From the human T2T-CHM13v2.0 reference genome, Homo sapiens, in NCBI RefSeq assembly GCF_009914755.1, contig NC_060928.1: a stretch of 64,000 nt of DNA. The stretch is one strand, 5' to 3'. Shown here in pieces: positions 1 through 14,490 of the stretch (within the stretch, counting starts at the first letter, position 1; each line of letters opens with the position of its first letter). Under the pieces are notes generated by a model. The model was given only the letters and a program-made list of their open reading frames with translations. It was not told the DNA's origin and did not search any database. Position numbers and translations under genes: made by a program.

Positions 1-96
1 AAGTAAAAAATCACATTGGTTAACAATTTTTATATGATTCAAATTATTATATATACACACATATTTGCATACACATGTATGTATATATACACACCC

Positions 97-284
97 AACT
101 GAATTATGTCCCCCACCGAATTCATATATGGCTTTGTTCCCTATTGTGATGGTATTTAAAGATGGGAACTTTGGAAGGTAATTAGGATTAGATGAGGTCA
201 TGAGGATGGGACCCTCTTGATGGGACTAGTGGCTTTATAAGAAGTGAGGGGAGCAGAGAAAGAGAGAAACAAGTAACTTTCTCT
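97..284 (+). mobile_element. MaLR LTR (MLT1A/B-like), 5' part, interrupted by an L1
   Basis: Motifs ctgaattatgtccccc...ttggaaggtaattaggattagatgaggtcatgaggatgggaccct...ggctttataagaag match MLT1A/B-type LTRs; the element resumes at 1270. Confidence 0.75.
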
Positions 285-1253
285 GAACAGACAGCCTACA
301 GAATGGGAGAAAAATTTTGCAATCTATCCATCTGACAAAGATCTAATATCCAGAATCTACAAGGAACTTAAGCAAATTTACAAGAAAAAAAGCCATTAAA
401 AAGTGGGCAAAGGACATGAACAGGTACTCCTCAAAAGAAGACATTTATGCAGCCAACAAACATATAAAAAAAAGTTCAACATCACTGATCATTAGAGAAA
501 TGCAAATCAAAACCGCAATGAGATACCATCTCATGACAATCAGAATGGCAATTACTAAAAAGTCAGGAGACAACAGATGCTGGCAAAGCTATAGAGAAAC
601 AGGAATGCTTTTACACTTGGTGGGAATGTAAATTAGTTCAACCACTGTGGAAGACAGTATGGTGATTCCTCAAAGACCTAGAACCAGAAATACCATTTGA
701 CCCAGCAATCCCATTACTGGGTATATACCCAAAGGAATAGCAATCATTCTATTACAAAGATACATGTTTGCATATGTTCATTGTAGAACTATTCACAATA
801 GCAAAGACATGGAATCAACCCAAATGCCCATCAATGATAGACTAGACAAAGAAAATGTGGTACATATACACCATGGAATACTATGCAGCCATAAAGAGGA
901 ATGAGATCATGCCCCTTGCAGGAACATGGATGGAGTTGGAAGCCATTATCCTCAACAAACTAATGCAGGAACGGAAAACCAAACACCAAATGTTCTCACT
1001 TATAAGTGGGAGCTGAACAATGAGAACAGATGGACATAGGGAAGGGAACAGTACACGCTGGGGCCTGGGGCCTGTTGCAGGGGGCAGAGAGAGGAAGAGC
1101 ATCAGGATAAATAGCTAATGCATGCTGAGCTTAATACCTAGGTGATGGGTTGATAGGTGCAGCAAACTACCACGGCACACATTTACCTATTAAACAAACC
1201 TGCACATCCTTCACATGGATCCTGAAACTTAAAATATGATAAAATTTTTTAAA
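285..1253 (+). mobile_element. 5'-truncated LINE-1 3' end (L1PA10-13-like)
   Basis: ORF 416..631 is ORF2 C-terminal sequence ([16 protein letters not shown]...). L1 3'UTR gcttaatacctaggtgatggg...aacttaaaat is present. Diverged TSD acaagtaactttctct (269-284) / agaaattactttctct (1254-1269). Confidence 0.93.
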
Positions 1254-1269
1254 AGAAATTACTTTCTCT

Positions 1270-1460
1270 CTACCATGTGAGAAGCAAGAAGGCAGCCATC
1301 TGCAGGCCAGAAAGCGGGCCCTTACCAGAAATCAAATTTTCCAGGACCTTGATAGGACCTTGATGGATAGGACTTGATAGATAGGCTTCCCAGCCTTCAA
1401 AACTGTGAGAAACAAATAATCTGTTTTTAAGTCTATGGCATTTTCTTATAGCATCCCAAG
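1270..1460 (+). mobile_element. MaLR LTR (MLT1A/B-like), 3' part
   Basis: ccatgtgagaagcaagaaggcagccatctgcaggccag...ttcccagccttcaaaactgtgagaaacaaat...ttatagca; contains a local ggaccttgat duplication at ~1344-1380. Confidence 0.75.
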
Positions 1461-2179
1461 GAGATTTATATGGTAGATAAATATATAAATATTCTGAAAG
1501 GATGTACAGTAAACTGTTAAGACTCTTTACTTCTGAGGAATGTTAATGAAAATTTTGGAAAGAAGGATAAGATCTTTTTATTTCATTTTATGTCAATCTT
1601 GTATAATGTTTGAAATTTTAATGAAGTGAGTATGTTCATTTTACTTGAAACAGAGAAAATCAAAAGTATTAGTGAGGGGATGATGATTATCTCTTATTTT
1701 TGCTTCCCTTTGTTGGGTAGCTACAATGGGATACTAACAGTTCTGGCACAAAATAGATGCTCAAAAAGTATTTCTCGATCAAACAAAAATATGTTGTTTT
1801 AATGTAGTGACTTGTACCTGTGCAGCATTTCCAGTGATTTGTTTATAGTAGGCCCTGCATGTAATATACGATGTTCCTGTTGGCATTTTGTCATTGCCTT
1901 TCTTAATAACTTCAGACTTACTTTGCAACAGAACACCACAGCAAGAAAAATGAGTTCCAGGGGGCAGAAGAGGGGTTGTTAGCAGGAAAGACAGCCCTGA
2001 AGGAAAACGAAGCTGGCACAAGTTAGGGCATGAAAGGGCCTTCTCACTGTGTAATTTGACACATGTGGCCACACATGACTCAAGTAGTATTTCTTAACCA
2101 AAAATAAGAAGCAAAACAAAGAGAAAAGTGAAGGGGTAGAGGAGAAGAAAATAAGAAGGAAAAATATAATTTGCATATA

Positions 2180-2517
2180 CAATCATGCCACACATAACAA
2201 TGTTTTGGTCAACGATGAACTGCATACAGGAGGGTCATCCCATAAGATTATAATACCATACTATTACTGTACCTTTCCTATGTTTAGATATGTAAACATT
2301 TACCATTGTGTTGCAATTGCCTGCAGTATTCAGTACAGTAATATGTTATATAGGTTTGTAGCCTAGGAGCAATAGGCAATACCATACAGCCTAGGTGTGC
2401 AGTAGGCTATATCATCTAGGTTTGTGTAAGTATACACTATGATGTTTTCACAACAATAAAATAGCCCAGTGATGCATGTCTCAGAACATGTTCTTGTCAT
2501 TAAGTGATGCATGATTG
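2180..2517 (+). mobile_element. Tigger3a (MER7A/Golem) non-autonomous DNA transposon
   Basis: 338 bp; perfect terminal inverted repeats caatcatgc...gcatgattg flanked by TA (2178-79, 2518-19); internal gtagcctaggagcaatagg...agcctaggtgt motif. Confidence 0.9.
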
Positions 2518-3131
2518 TATGTAAGTATGTGAGCAAGAGTATATTATGTAAAAAATAAAAAGTTCTTAAATACATAAAAATGTATGTGTATAAAATTTAG
2601 AGATGCATAGTCATTTATCAAATGAATATGTCACAAAAACGAGTGTCTGCATGTCCTACAGACAAAACTCAAATGTACATAAATTGATACATTTTAGTCA
2701 CAGTCACTCTATACCCTTCCAAGCTATCCTTTTGTTTGTGATTACAATTATGATTAGGTCTTGATAGTAAATGTTTGCCTTGTTTTCCTTGCAGAATATC
2801 TAATAAGTTTTCTCAAAATAACGTCAGTTCTGTTTTGTCGATTTGATAATATAGACAAAATAATAACATTTTTCTACCACTGTAAAATGTGTTGAGATTA
2901 AAAAGTATTTTCATGCGTATCTTACCATTTGGTGATCACAGCCACCTTCTGAAGAAATCAGGTTCTCTATTACCTCTTTATCATAGACCAGAAATTTAAA
3001 TGGGTCCATCTTTGCATAACAGGTGGGGAGCAGAGTTGTGACATGAATCTAGATAGGTTGACTTCAATCTAGCCTTTTTAAATTCTGTTATGGGGGAAAT
3101 TCCATAATGGTTTTAGAAAACTAGAGAATGA

Positions 3132-3543
<412 letters not shown>

Positions 3544-4199
3544 TTATTCCACAAAAGCAGCATTTTATCTTTTTTTTTCCCTCTATACTACGTGCACTTG
3601 GTAATTAGAAATTTCATATTTAAGCCAATTAACCTAATAAAAAACATTTCAGCCCTAGTTTAAAGTTTAGAAGCCACAGGATAGGGTACTAACATCATTT
3701 TGCATGTTTAAAGGTTCATAGAATTGACTTTAAATGACCCAAATGAATCTTCTAGCACATCGAGAAGTAGAAGAGTTCATTAAAGCAGGAATGTATAATG
3801 GTTAGTGAAGCAACATTTTTAACAGCTGAAGCTTATATGATTACAAGTCACTTTCTTTTATGAAAATGACCAATTAGCAGCAGCCTATTTTATCAAGCTG
3901 GAAACACAGGCTTGGTTTTTCTATTTTAATGAAAGGGAAAAGATGGTGCTTAAATTTAAGTTTAATGGCCTGCAAATTTCCACCCTCATTTTGTAGCACT
4001 GAAGTTTAGCCCAAGAAAGGATAGGTGTATTTCTGGAAACCGGTTTCACTCCCTTCATACAACCAGAGTCCCAGGGAGGAGGTACCATAATAGCAGTCCT
4101 CTAAGAAGATTGAATTATTCTACTTTTTCCCTTCAATTCCTACATTTCTAGCAGGAAATTGGAAAACAATGAAAAACCAAAGCTTAAGGTGAACTATAT

Positions 4200-4545
4200 A
4201 ATCTTATCATGGCAATTGGTTCCTGACTTCAGGAAGCAGATGCTGAGACTGAGTTAGACATATAAAAGATTTATTGGTAGTGAAGGTAAAAGGTAGGAAG
4301 CAGGATCAAGCAAGGGTAGCCATGAGGCATCAGGAGCAAAATCCATCCATTAAAGAAATCACATTTAGGTGGAAATGGTTAGGTCCTTGTTCCACAGTCT
4401 TGCTCAATCATTGGCTGGGCTTACTTCAAGAATAGAATGACCTTAACTCAAAAGCTGAGACAGACTTGAAGAGGGTAAGACCTGTCAGCTGGCCACCCTC
4501 CTTGAATGGGGACCTGTGTGGCTCATCTCTGTGTCTTCCACACAT
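4200..4545 (-). mobile_element. Old ERVL/MaLR-class LTR fragment (LTR16/LTR33-like)
   Basis: ggaagcagatgctgagactgagttag...aagatttattgg resembles the reverse-complemented 3' end of old ERVL LTRs; family uncertain. Confidence 0.4.
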
Positions 4546-4621
4546 GGTAAATTCCTATTGGTTACCTTGTGGATATGGCTGTTATATTGATTTTGGTTGT
4601 ACATTTGTTCTGTGTAATATA

Positions 4622-5922
4622 TGAGGGGGCTTCAAAAAGTTTGTGGAAAACATGGAATTACAAGATAAAAACGTAAACTTTATTTTGCAATATAAGCCCC
4701 ATCAAGTTTAGGATACTTTTGTAAGTGATGATAACAGCCATTTAGTTCATCCCTAAAGAACCAAGCATCCTGGTAATTTCACCATGTCAATGCAGTCTTT
4801 CTTACACTGTTAACTGAAGAAAAATGGGTGTCCTTTAAAGATTTTTAAAAATTAAGAAACAAAAAGAAGTCAGGAGAAGCCAAATAAGGACTGTAAGACA
4901 GATTCCTAATCATTTCTCATTGAAACTCTCTCAAAATTACCCTTGTGGATGAGAGGAATGAGCAGGAGCATTGTCATGGTGGAGAAGGACTTTATGATTA
5001 AGCTTTCTTGGGTATTTTTCTGCTAAAGCTTTGACTCTTATTCTCAAAACACTCATAATAAGCAGATGGTATTGTTCTTTGGCCCTCCAGAAAGTCAACA
5101 ACAAAATGCCTTGAGCATCCCAAAAAACTGCTGCCATGACCTTTGCTCTAACTGGTTTACCTTCGCCTTGACTGGTCCATTTTCATCTCTTAGTAGCCAT
5201 TGCTTTGATTGTGCTTTGTCTTCAGGATCTTACTGGTAAAGCTTAGAAGTTTAGAAGCAATGTTTCATTTCCTGTTATAATCCTTCAAAGAAATGCTCCA
5301 GGATCTTGATCCCACTTGTTCAAAATTCCAATAAAATTTCTGCTCTTGTCTGCAGCTGACCTGGGTGCAATAGTTGGAGCACCCATAAAGTGGAAAGTTT
5401 GCTCACCTTTAACTTTTTAGGCAGAATTTTGTAAGCTGAACCAACTGAGATGTCTACAGTGTTGGCTTTTCTGTTGTAAATCATCAGTCCTCTTCAATTA
5501 GGGAATGAACAAGATTAATTTTTCCATGACAAATTGATGTGGATGGTCTGCTGCTACAGGCTTCTTCTCCGACATCATCACACCCCTTCTTAAGATCAGT
5601 TATTTATTTGTAAACTGCTACCCTTTTTGGAACATTGTCCCTATAAATTTTTTATAAAGTATTAATGATTTCACCATTCTTCCACCCAAGCTTCAACACA
5701 AATTTGATGTTTGTTCTTGCTTAAATTTGAGCAGAATTCATGTTGTCCTGAAAGGGGCTCTTCTCAAACTGATGTTGTATCCTTCTTGGTGCCTTAAACT
5801 AGATCCTGTTCAGACATGTTGTAACAGGCAGTATGAGTTTATTTTGGCATAAAAAAAATGTGAATTCCATACATAGTTGTTTTATAATGTGAACTTTCCA
5901 TGAACTTTTTGAAGACCCCTCG
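4622..5922 (-). mobile_element. Full-length Hsmar2 mariner DNA transposon
   Basis: 1301 bp. TIRs tgagggggcttcaaaaagtttgtggaaa and (rc) cgaggggtcttcaaaaagttcatggaaa, with TA on both sides. Transposase remnants on the minus strand. Confidence 0.95.
4680..5741 (-). pseudogene. Hsmar2 transposase, decayed
   Basis: ATG at 5741 (MNSAQI*, early stop). ORF 4937..5137 contains VFWDAQGILL and LLHHDNAPAHSSH. YSPYLASPDF lies near 4870-4900. The first catalytic motif reads TGNET instead of TGDET. Confidence 0.92.
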
Positions 5923-7293
5923 TATAAGGGCAAAAGTGACCATAAGTTGAAGAAAGACAAATGTTCATCCAGTTCATCATAAGAAGTCATTTAATCAATT
6001 TTTTATGATCATAAATCCACAGTAACATGTACCTTACCCTGAATATGTCAAATTGCTTAGGAATAAAAACATCACAGAGAAAAGGGACTAGAATGTATGT
6101 ATTCAGAAGTATGTCTAAATATACTGAATAAATTATAGACCAAGTTGGAATTAGGCCTATCTAGAGAATCACACAGTTAAAAGCCTTACCAGGCAGGAAA
6201 GTTGAACCTTCTGAAAGTCCCACTGCAGTGGTGGCATTTAGCCTGGTCACACACTGTATAGATGGCTCTGTTCCATACACAAGACAAGACTATGTCACTT
6301 CCTGAAACCATCCTCTGACACAAAGATTACTCTGTGATTGGTCATTGTTTATTGCAAAGGACTGTATAGGAGTCATTTCTCATCTGCTTCAGTATAGTCT
6401 GTTTATACAATATTCAAAATTTTAAAAGAATAAAATAACTTAATTATTAATACTTGGTGGCTACTTAATGAATTGACTTGAAATGAAATTTTAATATCAA
6501 TGATATTTAAAATGAATCCTCATTGAACATCTTACTGGGAAGCTGAGAAAAAATTTAAAATCTAAGTCTAAATTAACAAAGAACTAAAGAGGGTAGCAAA
6601 AAAGTAAATGACTATCAGGGACATTTAGGGGCAAGTGAAATACTGTTTGGGATTAAAATATGTAACAATAAGTAAAGGGAGTTAAAAATGAAACACAGAC
6701 ACTCCAGAATGCAGCTGTGAACAGTTTATCCAAATATGATAAAATATTGAAACAAGTATCATCCATGCTTCCCTCTTTGTTCCTCATCTTTATCCCTTCT
6801 TTTGACCATCCTACCACCCTGGACACTCAAAGCCTTCACATTACACACTACAACACCCTACTCAAGTATGAATAGTTTACCCTTCCCTTAGCAAAACTCT
6901 TTACAAATCTTTCCATAACCTGGCACACTAACTGAACACCAGCGCATTAACACAAGGAAACAAGTAGTTGTTAAATGGTGGAAGAATCCAGGTTAAAAGA
7001 GCCTCTTCAATTATAATTACAGAGTGGTAAGGATATCATACACTGAAGATATCATAGGATGGTCTTAGGCAATATTCTCCCTCTAAGAGTACACTTCTCA
7101 GGTAAGTTTATAGAATAGTGCAAAAAATTATCTATTTACAGTTGGCTTTGACACCAGGGCACCAATGCTACTCATATCTCAATAAAGTGCAAAATGCCAC
7201 ACAACTCTTCCTGTTCTACCCTTTTAGTTCTAACATTTAGAATTAGAATGACTCAATTAGGTAGATCAATTGTTTAAACAAAAGGATGTGCTT

Positions 7294-7652
<359 letters not shown>

Positions 7653-7989
7653 CTAGAATTAGGTACATTGGAATGAACTTAATTTAAGCAGACGTGTGTC
7701 TATGCCACTTTGAGAAAAACAGATACCAGTAAACTAAATACACACACACACAACATATGCCAATGATATTTTAATATATCCTTGTATAATTTTCAAGTGT
7801 AATAGATTAATATTCAAATATCCAGTATTATATATATGTGTATATATGTATGTATATTTTTGTATGTATGGGACAAAATATAAAATACATTGAATGTAAG
7901 TGTTCAAAGTGGAGTGAAAATTATAATCAGCTTAAACCTTGCAAGTGTTAACTCCCACCTTAAAGTGGCAAAATATGGCAAGAAAAACA

Positions 7990-8135
7990 TGGTTGTAATC
8001 CTGGCTCTTCTACTTCCTAGCTACGGAAACTTAGGCAAGTTGTGAGACGGAAATATAATGTGCACAATGCATAAGCTTGTTGTGAGGATTAAGTAGGTTA
8101 ATACCTATAATGCGTTTATGACAGTGGATCATTAT
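7990..8135 (+). mobile_element. MIR fragment
   Basis: aatcctggctcttctacttcctagct...ttaggcaagtt...gttgtgaggattaag MIR core motifs. Confidence 0.6.
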
Positions 8136-9510
8136 TTATTAGGAAAGTTAGCAAACTACACAATCTAGATGTAGAAAATGACCCATTCATTGATATATGT
8201 TATTTTTCAAAGACAGAGTTCAATTATCTATGTTTTATCAGTGACTAGAAATGTTATAATGTTCAAACGTTCTCTGGTTTCTATTTTCTAAAAGTATCTT
8301 GGCAATTTCACTTCTTGGTAGGAATAGCACCATCCTCTTTCAGTACATAATTTGTGTACTTAAATACACACGGAGGAGGTTATTTTATAACTGCAGAAAG
8401 TGGCATTACTTTGGTTAGGCCAAGGGTCCCTGAGGAGAAAGAAAAAGGATTATTAAGAGAACTTACGTCTATTACCCATCAGGCTTCCTTGGACCAGTTT
8501 GAACCACATTAATTACAAAGTAAAGGCTAGAAGCTGATAGGACTATTTTCATAAATACTTGACAAGATTCTAGGAGAATAAATGCCAGAAAGTGCTGTAT
8601 TTTAAGAAAAAGTTTGAGAAAAACTCCAAGCACATTCTCCCTGCCTCTGCACAGAAACCAGCACCATGCTATCACTCTACGAATCACAAGACAATGCCCT
8701 TAGCAAGGACTGTGTTATTTCCACTATAGATGTCATCAGCCATGTCAGCAGAGTGACTTTATGCACTATGGATGTCAAAAACGGTAGATGCTATATGAGG
8801 GACTGCAGATCATTTACTGGAATAAGGTTGGTTTACAGTCATGCATGAGATACATCTTTACGGATTCCTAGAAATAGCCGAGAAATATCTTGAGGCATTG
8901 CTTAAACAAGAAGGGTGTTGTTGAAAAATCAGAATTGCGGTATAAAAATACATGATTTCACTTGTGCCTCAAAGCTAGTATTTCCTGGAGAATTTTGGGT
9001 TTATATATGGTAATACACAATCGATCTAGGCACCTTGTTTAGATTATATAACTATATACTGTCAGTTAGATCATACCTCAATAGTTTTAGTAGTTTAAAA
9101 TATATGGAATATATTTATACCTAAAGGAAATGTTTCTAATAGAAAAAAGTACAAGTATTTCAAACATTTTTAATTTGTGGAGTTCTTAAAATACATGACT
9201 AAAGAAATGAAACAAAAATATCCAATATATTATTTTAATTAATACTATATGAAAATGATAAAATAAAAAGTTATTTAATGATATAAATAGTTATCAATTG
9301 TAATCATCCTATAGTTCACTTAAAAGTCAAGAATCAATATGTTTGGAAAAACATTTAAAATGGATTTTACTTTTAAAGAAAATTATATTACAGTATAAGC
9401 TTACCTCATGTTCTAGATATATTAATAACATAATATCACAAGCCTCCTCCCACATCCCATCAAAACTTCTGTCCCATAACTTTCATTTGTATCCATTAAG
9501 AAGAAACAGG

Positions 9511-10130
<620 letters not shown>

Positions 10131-10139
10131 GGGTACGCA

Positions 10140-10401
10140 TGCATTTCCCTTGTGTCTTCATGTAGCACCTGAGTACCCAGGGACTAGCCTATTGTCTGTG
10201 TTCACTGGAGAAGGTCTGGAGCTTTTGTCCATATGGGTGGGTCTGGCACTGTGTCTTCAGGAGCAGGTCTGGAGCTTGGGTCCTCAGGGGTAGCCTGGAT
10301 CCTGCATCCCTGGGGTCTAGCCTGGAGATGGCATCCACTGAGGTGGACCTTTTGACTGGATCCATGCGGACAGGCCTGCAGCCTGACTCTACAGCGATGG
10401 G
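10140..10401 (-). mobile_element. Old L1M 5'UTR-like fragment with degenerate short repeats
   Basis: Recurrent (gg/ag)(t/c)ctgga(g/t) units of the kind seen in antisense L1M2/M3 5' regions. Confidence 0.4.
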
Positions 10402-11872
10402 CTTCTGAAGCTTACTTCTGTCAATTCATCAAATTCCTTCTCTGTCCAGTTATGTTCCCTTGTGGGCAAGGAGTTGTGATCCTTATGAGGAGAAGAGGTA
10501 TTCTGGTTTTTGGAATTTTCAGCCTTTTTGTACTGTTTTTTTCTCATTTTTGTGGATTTATCTATCTTTGGTCTTTGCTGCTGATGACCTTAGGATGGAG
10601 TTTTTGTGTGATCATCCTTCTTGTTGACGTTGATGCTATTCCTTTCTATTTGTTAGTTTTCCTTCTAACAGTCAGGCCCCTCTTCTGCAGGTCTGCTGGA
10701 GTTTGCTGGGGATCCCCTCCAGACCCTGTTTACCTGGGTATCACTAGCGGCGGCTGCAGAACAGCAAAGATTGCTACCTGCTCCTTCCTCTGGAAGCTTC
10801 TGGCAGAGGGGCACCTGCCAGATGCCAGTCAAAGATCTCCTGTATGATGTGTCTCCCTGTCAGGAGGCACAGGGGTCAGGTACCCACTTGAGGAGGCAGT
10901 CTGTCCCTTAGCGGAGTCCGAGCACTGTGCTGGGAGATCCACTGCTCTCCTCAGAGCTGGCAGGCAGGAACGTTTAAGTCTGGTGAAGCTGTGCCCACAG
11001 TCGCCCCTCCCTGCACAGGTGCTGTGTCCCAGGGAGATAGGAGTTTTATCTTTAAGCCCCTGACAGCGGCTGCTGTCTTTCTATCAGATATGCCCTGCCC
11101 AGAGAGGAGGAATCTAGAGAGGCAGTCTGGCTACAGTGGCTTTGAGGCACTGTGGTGGTCTCCACGCAGTTTGAACTTCCTAGTGGCTTTGTTTACACTG
11201 TAAGAGAAAAACTGCCTACTCAAGCCTCAGTAATACTGGACACCCCTACCCCGACCAAGCTCAAGCATCCCAGGTTGACTTCAGACTCTTGTGCTGACAA
11301 CGAGAATTTCAAGCCAGTGGATGTTAGCTTGCTGGGCTCCATGGGGGTAGGATCTGCTGAGCTAGACCACTTGGCTCCCTGGCTTCAGTCCCCTTTCCAG
11401 GGGAGTGAACAGTTCTGACTCACTGGTGTTCCAGGCACCACTGAGGTATGAAAAAAAAAAAAAAACTCCTGCAGCTAGCTCCATGTCTGCTCAAACAACC
11501 TCCCAGTTTTGTGCCTGAAACCCAGGGCCCTTGTGGTATAGGCACCCAAGGGAATCTCCTGGTCTGTGGGTTGCAAAGACTGTGAGAAAATCATAGTATC
11601 TGAGACAGATAGCACCATCCCTCATGGCACAGTCCCTCACAGCTTCCCTTGGCTAGGGGAGGTAGCTCCCTACCCCTTGTGCTTCCCAGGTGAGGTGATG
11701 CCCCACCCTGCTTTCGCTCACCCTCTGTGGGCTGCACCCACTGCCTAATGAGTCCCAGTGAGATGAACTGGGTGCCTCAGTTGGAAATGCAGAAATAACC
11801 CACCTTCTCTGTTGGTCTTGCTGGGAGCTGCAAACCAGAGCTGTTCCTATTCAGCCATCCTGCCCGGCACCC
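10402..11872 (-). mobile_element. LINE-1 5' end only (L1PA7/8-type 5'UTR plus ~48 codons of ORF1)
   Basis: 5' terminus rc ggcaggatggctgaataggaacagctc (YY1-site region); ORF1 ATG at 10547; clearly homologous to 33700-35155; stops abruptly at ~10402. Confidence 0.92.
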
Positions 11873-12254
11873 CAGAATAAGTTTTATGGTCTGGATAAGG
11901 TTGGGGTGGTGAAGTAACACATGCAATTCTAAAAATATAGGGAGCTTCATGTATCACAGATCTGATGCTTTACTATTCAATTCATAAGCATCATACATAG
12001 TCTGTGAGCTATTTTTCCTGTTATGTTTTGTGTTTAATCTCTTTACTCTTTATTGTCCCAATACCCTTCTGAGTAGATGTATACAGGTTATAACCAGGGG
12101 ACACCAGTGTGGGGCTGGGATACAGCATTCAGTTTCTGCTTGGAACTATTTAATTTCTAGGGTTATCACATTAGCAAACTTTGTCTCATTAAATTGGGTG
12201 TCAAAATATTGTCTGAAAAAGTAACATGAGCCAACTATTATACTGCATTAACTT

Positions 12255-12810
12255 TTTCATTTCTTTGTTCAAAAGTAATATTTACTGAGTGGCCAACTTT
12301 TGCCAGATCCTATTCTAGGCAACAGGAATACATATTTGAAAAAAACAAAAGCCCTATTCTTATATGGTTTACATTTCAGTGGAGGAATGCAGGCCAAAAA
12401 AAAAATCAGTTATCTATCTTTTATATCTATAATGGAGAAAACAAAAGTAGGGACAGGGTTGTGATTGGACAAGGGAGGTGGTATCTGAGCAAAGACCTGA
12501 AATGAAAGGAGCCAAGTTGATTTCCACCTGAATGGTCATGGCAGAGGTAAGTTTTATAATGACCTTGGGGTAAGAGACTATCTAGCACACATGAGGAGCA
12601 GCAAGGAGACTCATGTGATGCAGGATGAAGAAGCTAGTGGTAGTGGAAGTGGATGAGGTCAGAGATGTTCTCAGGGGCCAGATAATGATCAATCATCCTA
12701 GGCTCTAGTGAGGATTTTGGATATTATTCCACCGAGATGGGAACACACAAAGGGTTTGAGCATAGAACTAACAGTTTGAAAAGATCATTGCTGCTATGCA
12801 GGGAAAACAT
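12255..12810 (-). mobile_element. L2 3' fragment
   Basis: ttcatt...atatttactgagtg...tgccagatcctattctagg...ctgagcaaagacctgaaatga typical of antisense L2. Confidence 0.65.
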
Positions 12811-12968
12811 CAGTTGATCTAACTATGGCTTTATCATCTTGTTTGCACAATGGTAATGTACAAAACCAAAAACTTTGTCTCCATATTTATAATGCCAAGT
12901 ACACTCAGCAATTATCCTGTAGTATGATGTACCATACATGATGATATGCCTTTTAAGATGCAGTGCTT

Positions 12969-13031
12969 TGTTTATATATATAATAAACCTGCACATCCTG
13001 CACGTGTACCCCGGAACTTAACAACAAAATA
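12969..13031 (+). mobile_element. Ultra-short L1 3'-end insertion (63 bp)
   Basis: aaacctgcacatcctgcacgtgtaccccggaactta plus A-rich tail; perfect 14-bp TSD aagatgcagtgctt (12955-68 / 13032-45) at a TTTT/AA site. Confidence 0.92.
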
Positions 13032-14369
13032 AAGATGCAGTGCTTGAAGCGTTTTTTTTTTTTTTCATTCTAAGAGTGCCTTCAGTTTAAGCCTGTAAAA
13101 TAATCTGTGCTGCTTTCAAAAGTAATGTTACTACACTTCTTTCGTGATACAGAAATCTGGAATTGTCTATCCTTCCCTTTTCATTTTTTATATCTCACTC
13201 ATGCCACATCATACCATTGTCTGTTTGCTAGAATTATGAAATGGTGGTTAGTATTTTAGATTCTAGTTCATAGCACTGTAACTTCAAAAAATTGTATTTA
13301 TAAAACGGGAATGTTTTTCAACTCTCATTAAGAGGTTTTGGATAATATCAAAAGTGACTATTAAATCAGCCATCCAGCTCATTTCCACACAATTAAATTT
13401 GAAGCACCCTAGAGATAAGCAAAGTCAGTTTAGAAAAAAAGAAATAAAAATTACAAGAAAAATGTGGGTTTCTTTGTTGTTGTTGTTATTATCATAAGGA
13501 CTCAATTTAAAAAGTGTAAGCCACTTATGGACTAGAGAAAGCTGGAGTTAAAGCCACAGGGAAATGTGTGAATCAAGAAAAGACATGCGCAGGAGACAGC
13601 AAGCATTACCACTTCTAGGCCATTTTTAAAATGTCTTGGTGATCCTAAATAAATGTTCTTTATTTTTGAAATAAGCTGAGATGTTCCTGGATTATCATGA
13701 AATGGCTAAAAAAATGATAATATATTTACCACATAAGTTAGGGAGGCTTTAGAAAAAGAGAAAATGACATTTTCCCTCACAGCTGAGTTTCTTGGTGAAC
13801 TAGGCTCTAAACGTCTATGAGAAATTATCACTGAAAAATGAGATAATACCCAAATACTAAATAGAATATATTATCATTGAAGACAAACTTGAATATTTTA
13901 TTCTTCCCTATAAAACAATAAATTATACCCATTTTGTCAGTAATGGCCTATCAGTGAGCTAAAATTTAATTAAAAATGAGGGAACTAACTCAATGTATTC
14001 TATTAGGGGAATAATAAACTAGAAATATGGCCTTTCCAATTTGAAGAGGTAAAAAGTTTTGATGTTCTGATTGATATCTTTTTAAGAGTTGTACAAATTT
14101 TAATAATTTATGCAATTGTCATGCCATTTCTGACACTATTCATCAATAAGCTAACTTATTTTACAATTGTTAATTTCCATATATTTCTTCCAAATATAAT
14201 TGTATATATCAATTTCTATATAAAATTATCCTTACTTTTTTAAAATGAAATTATATTTACAGTGAATTAATACTGTTGTTCTTCAGTGTGGTATAATGAT
14301 GCTAAACCCTCCAAATAACTGGGCTGTTAGTGCTGAATGAAAAGAAATCAATGTATAAATCAAGTAAAG

Positions 14370-14490
14370 GGGTATGGAAACCTATGTGACCTCAGGCTAC
14401 TGATTTAATCTCTTTAATTCTAAATTGTTTACCTGTAAAAATAAAGATTAAATAAATGTTATGCATGAACACCTAGTATAATAGATTCTA
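14370..14490 (+). mobile_element. MIR fragment
   Basis: tgtgacctcaggc...tttaatctct...cctgtaaaaat core. Confidence 0.5.

Noticed and set aside
10200-10400. Repeated ctgga units as a CRISPR-like or satellite array
   Set aside because: Units are degenerate and irregularly spaced, there are no cas genes, and the context is eukaryotic; best explained as old L1 5' sequence.
10452-11748. Cluster of plus-strand ORFs in a GC-richer block suggesting a gene or CpG island
   Set aside because: It is the antisense of an L1 5'UTR, and its CpGs are largely decayed.
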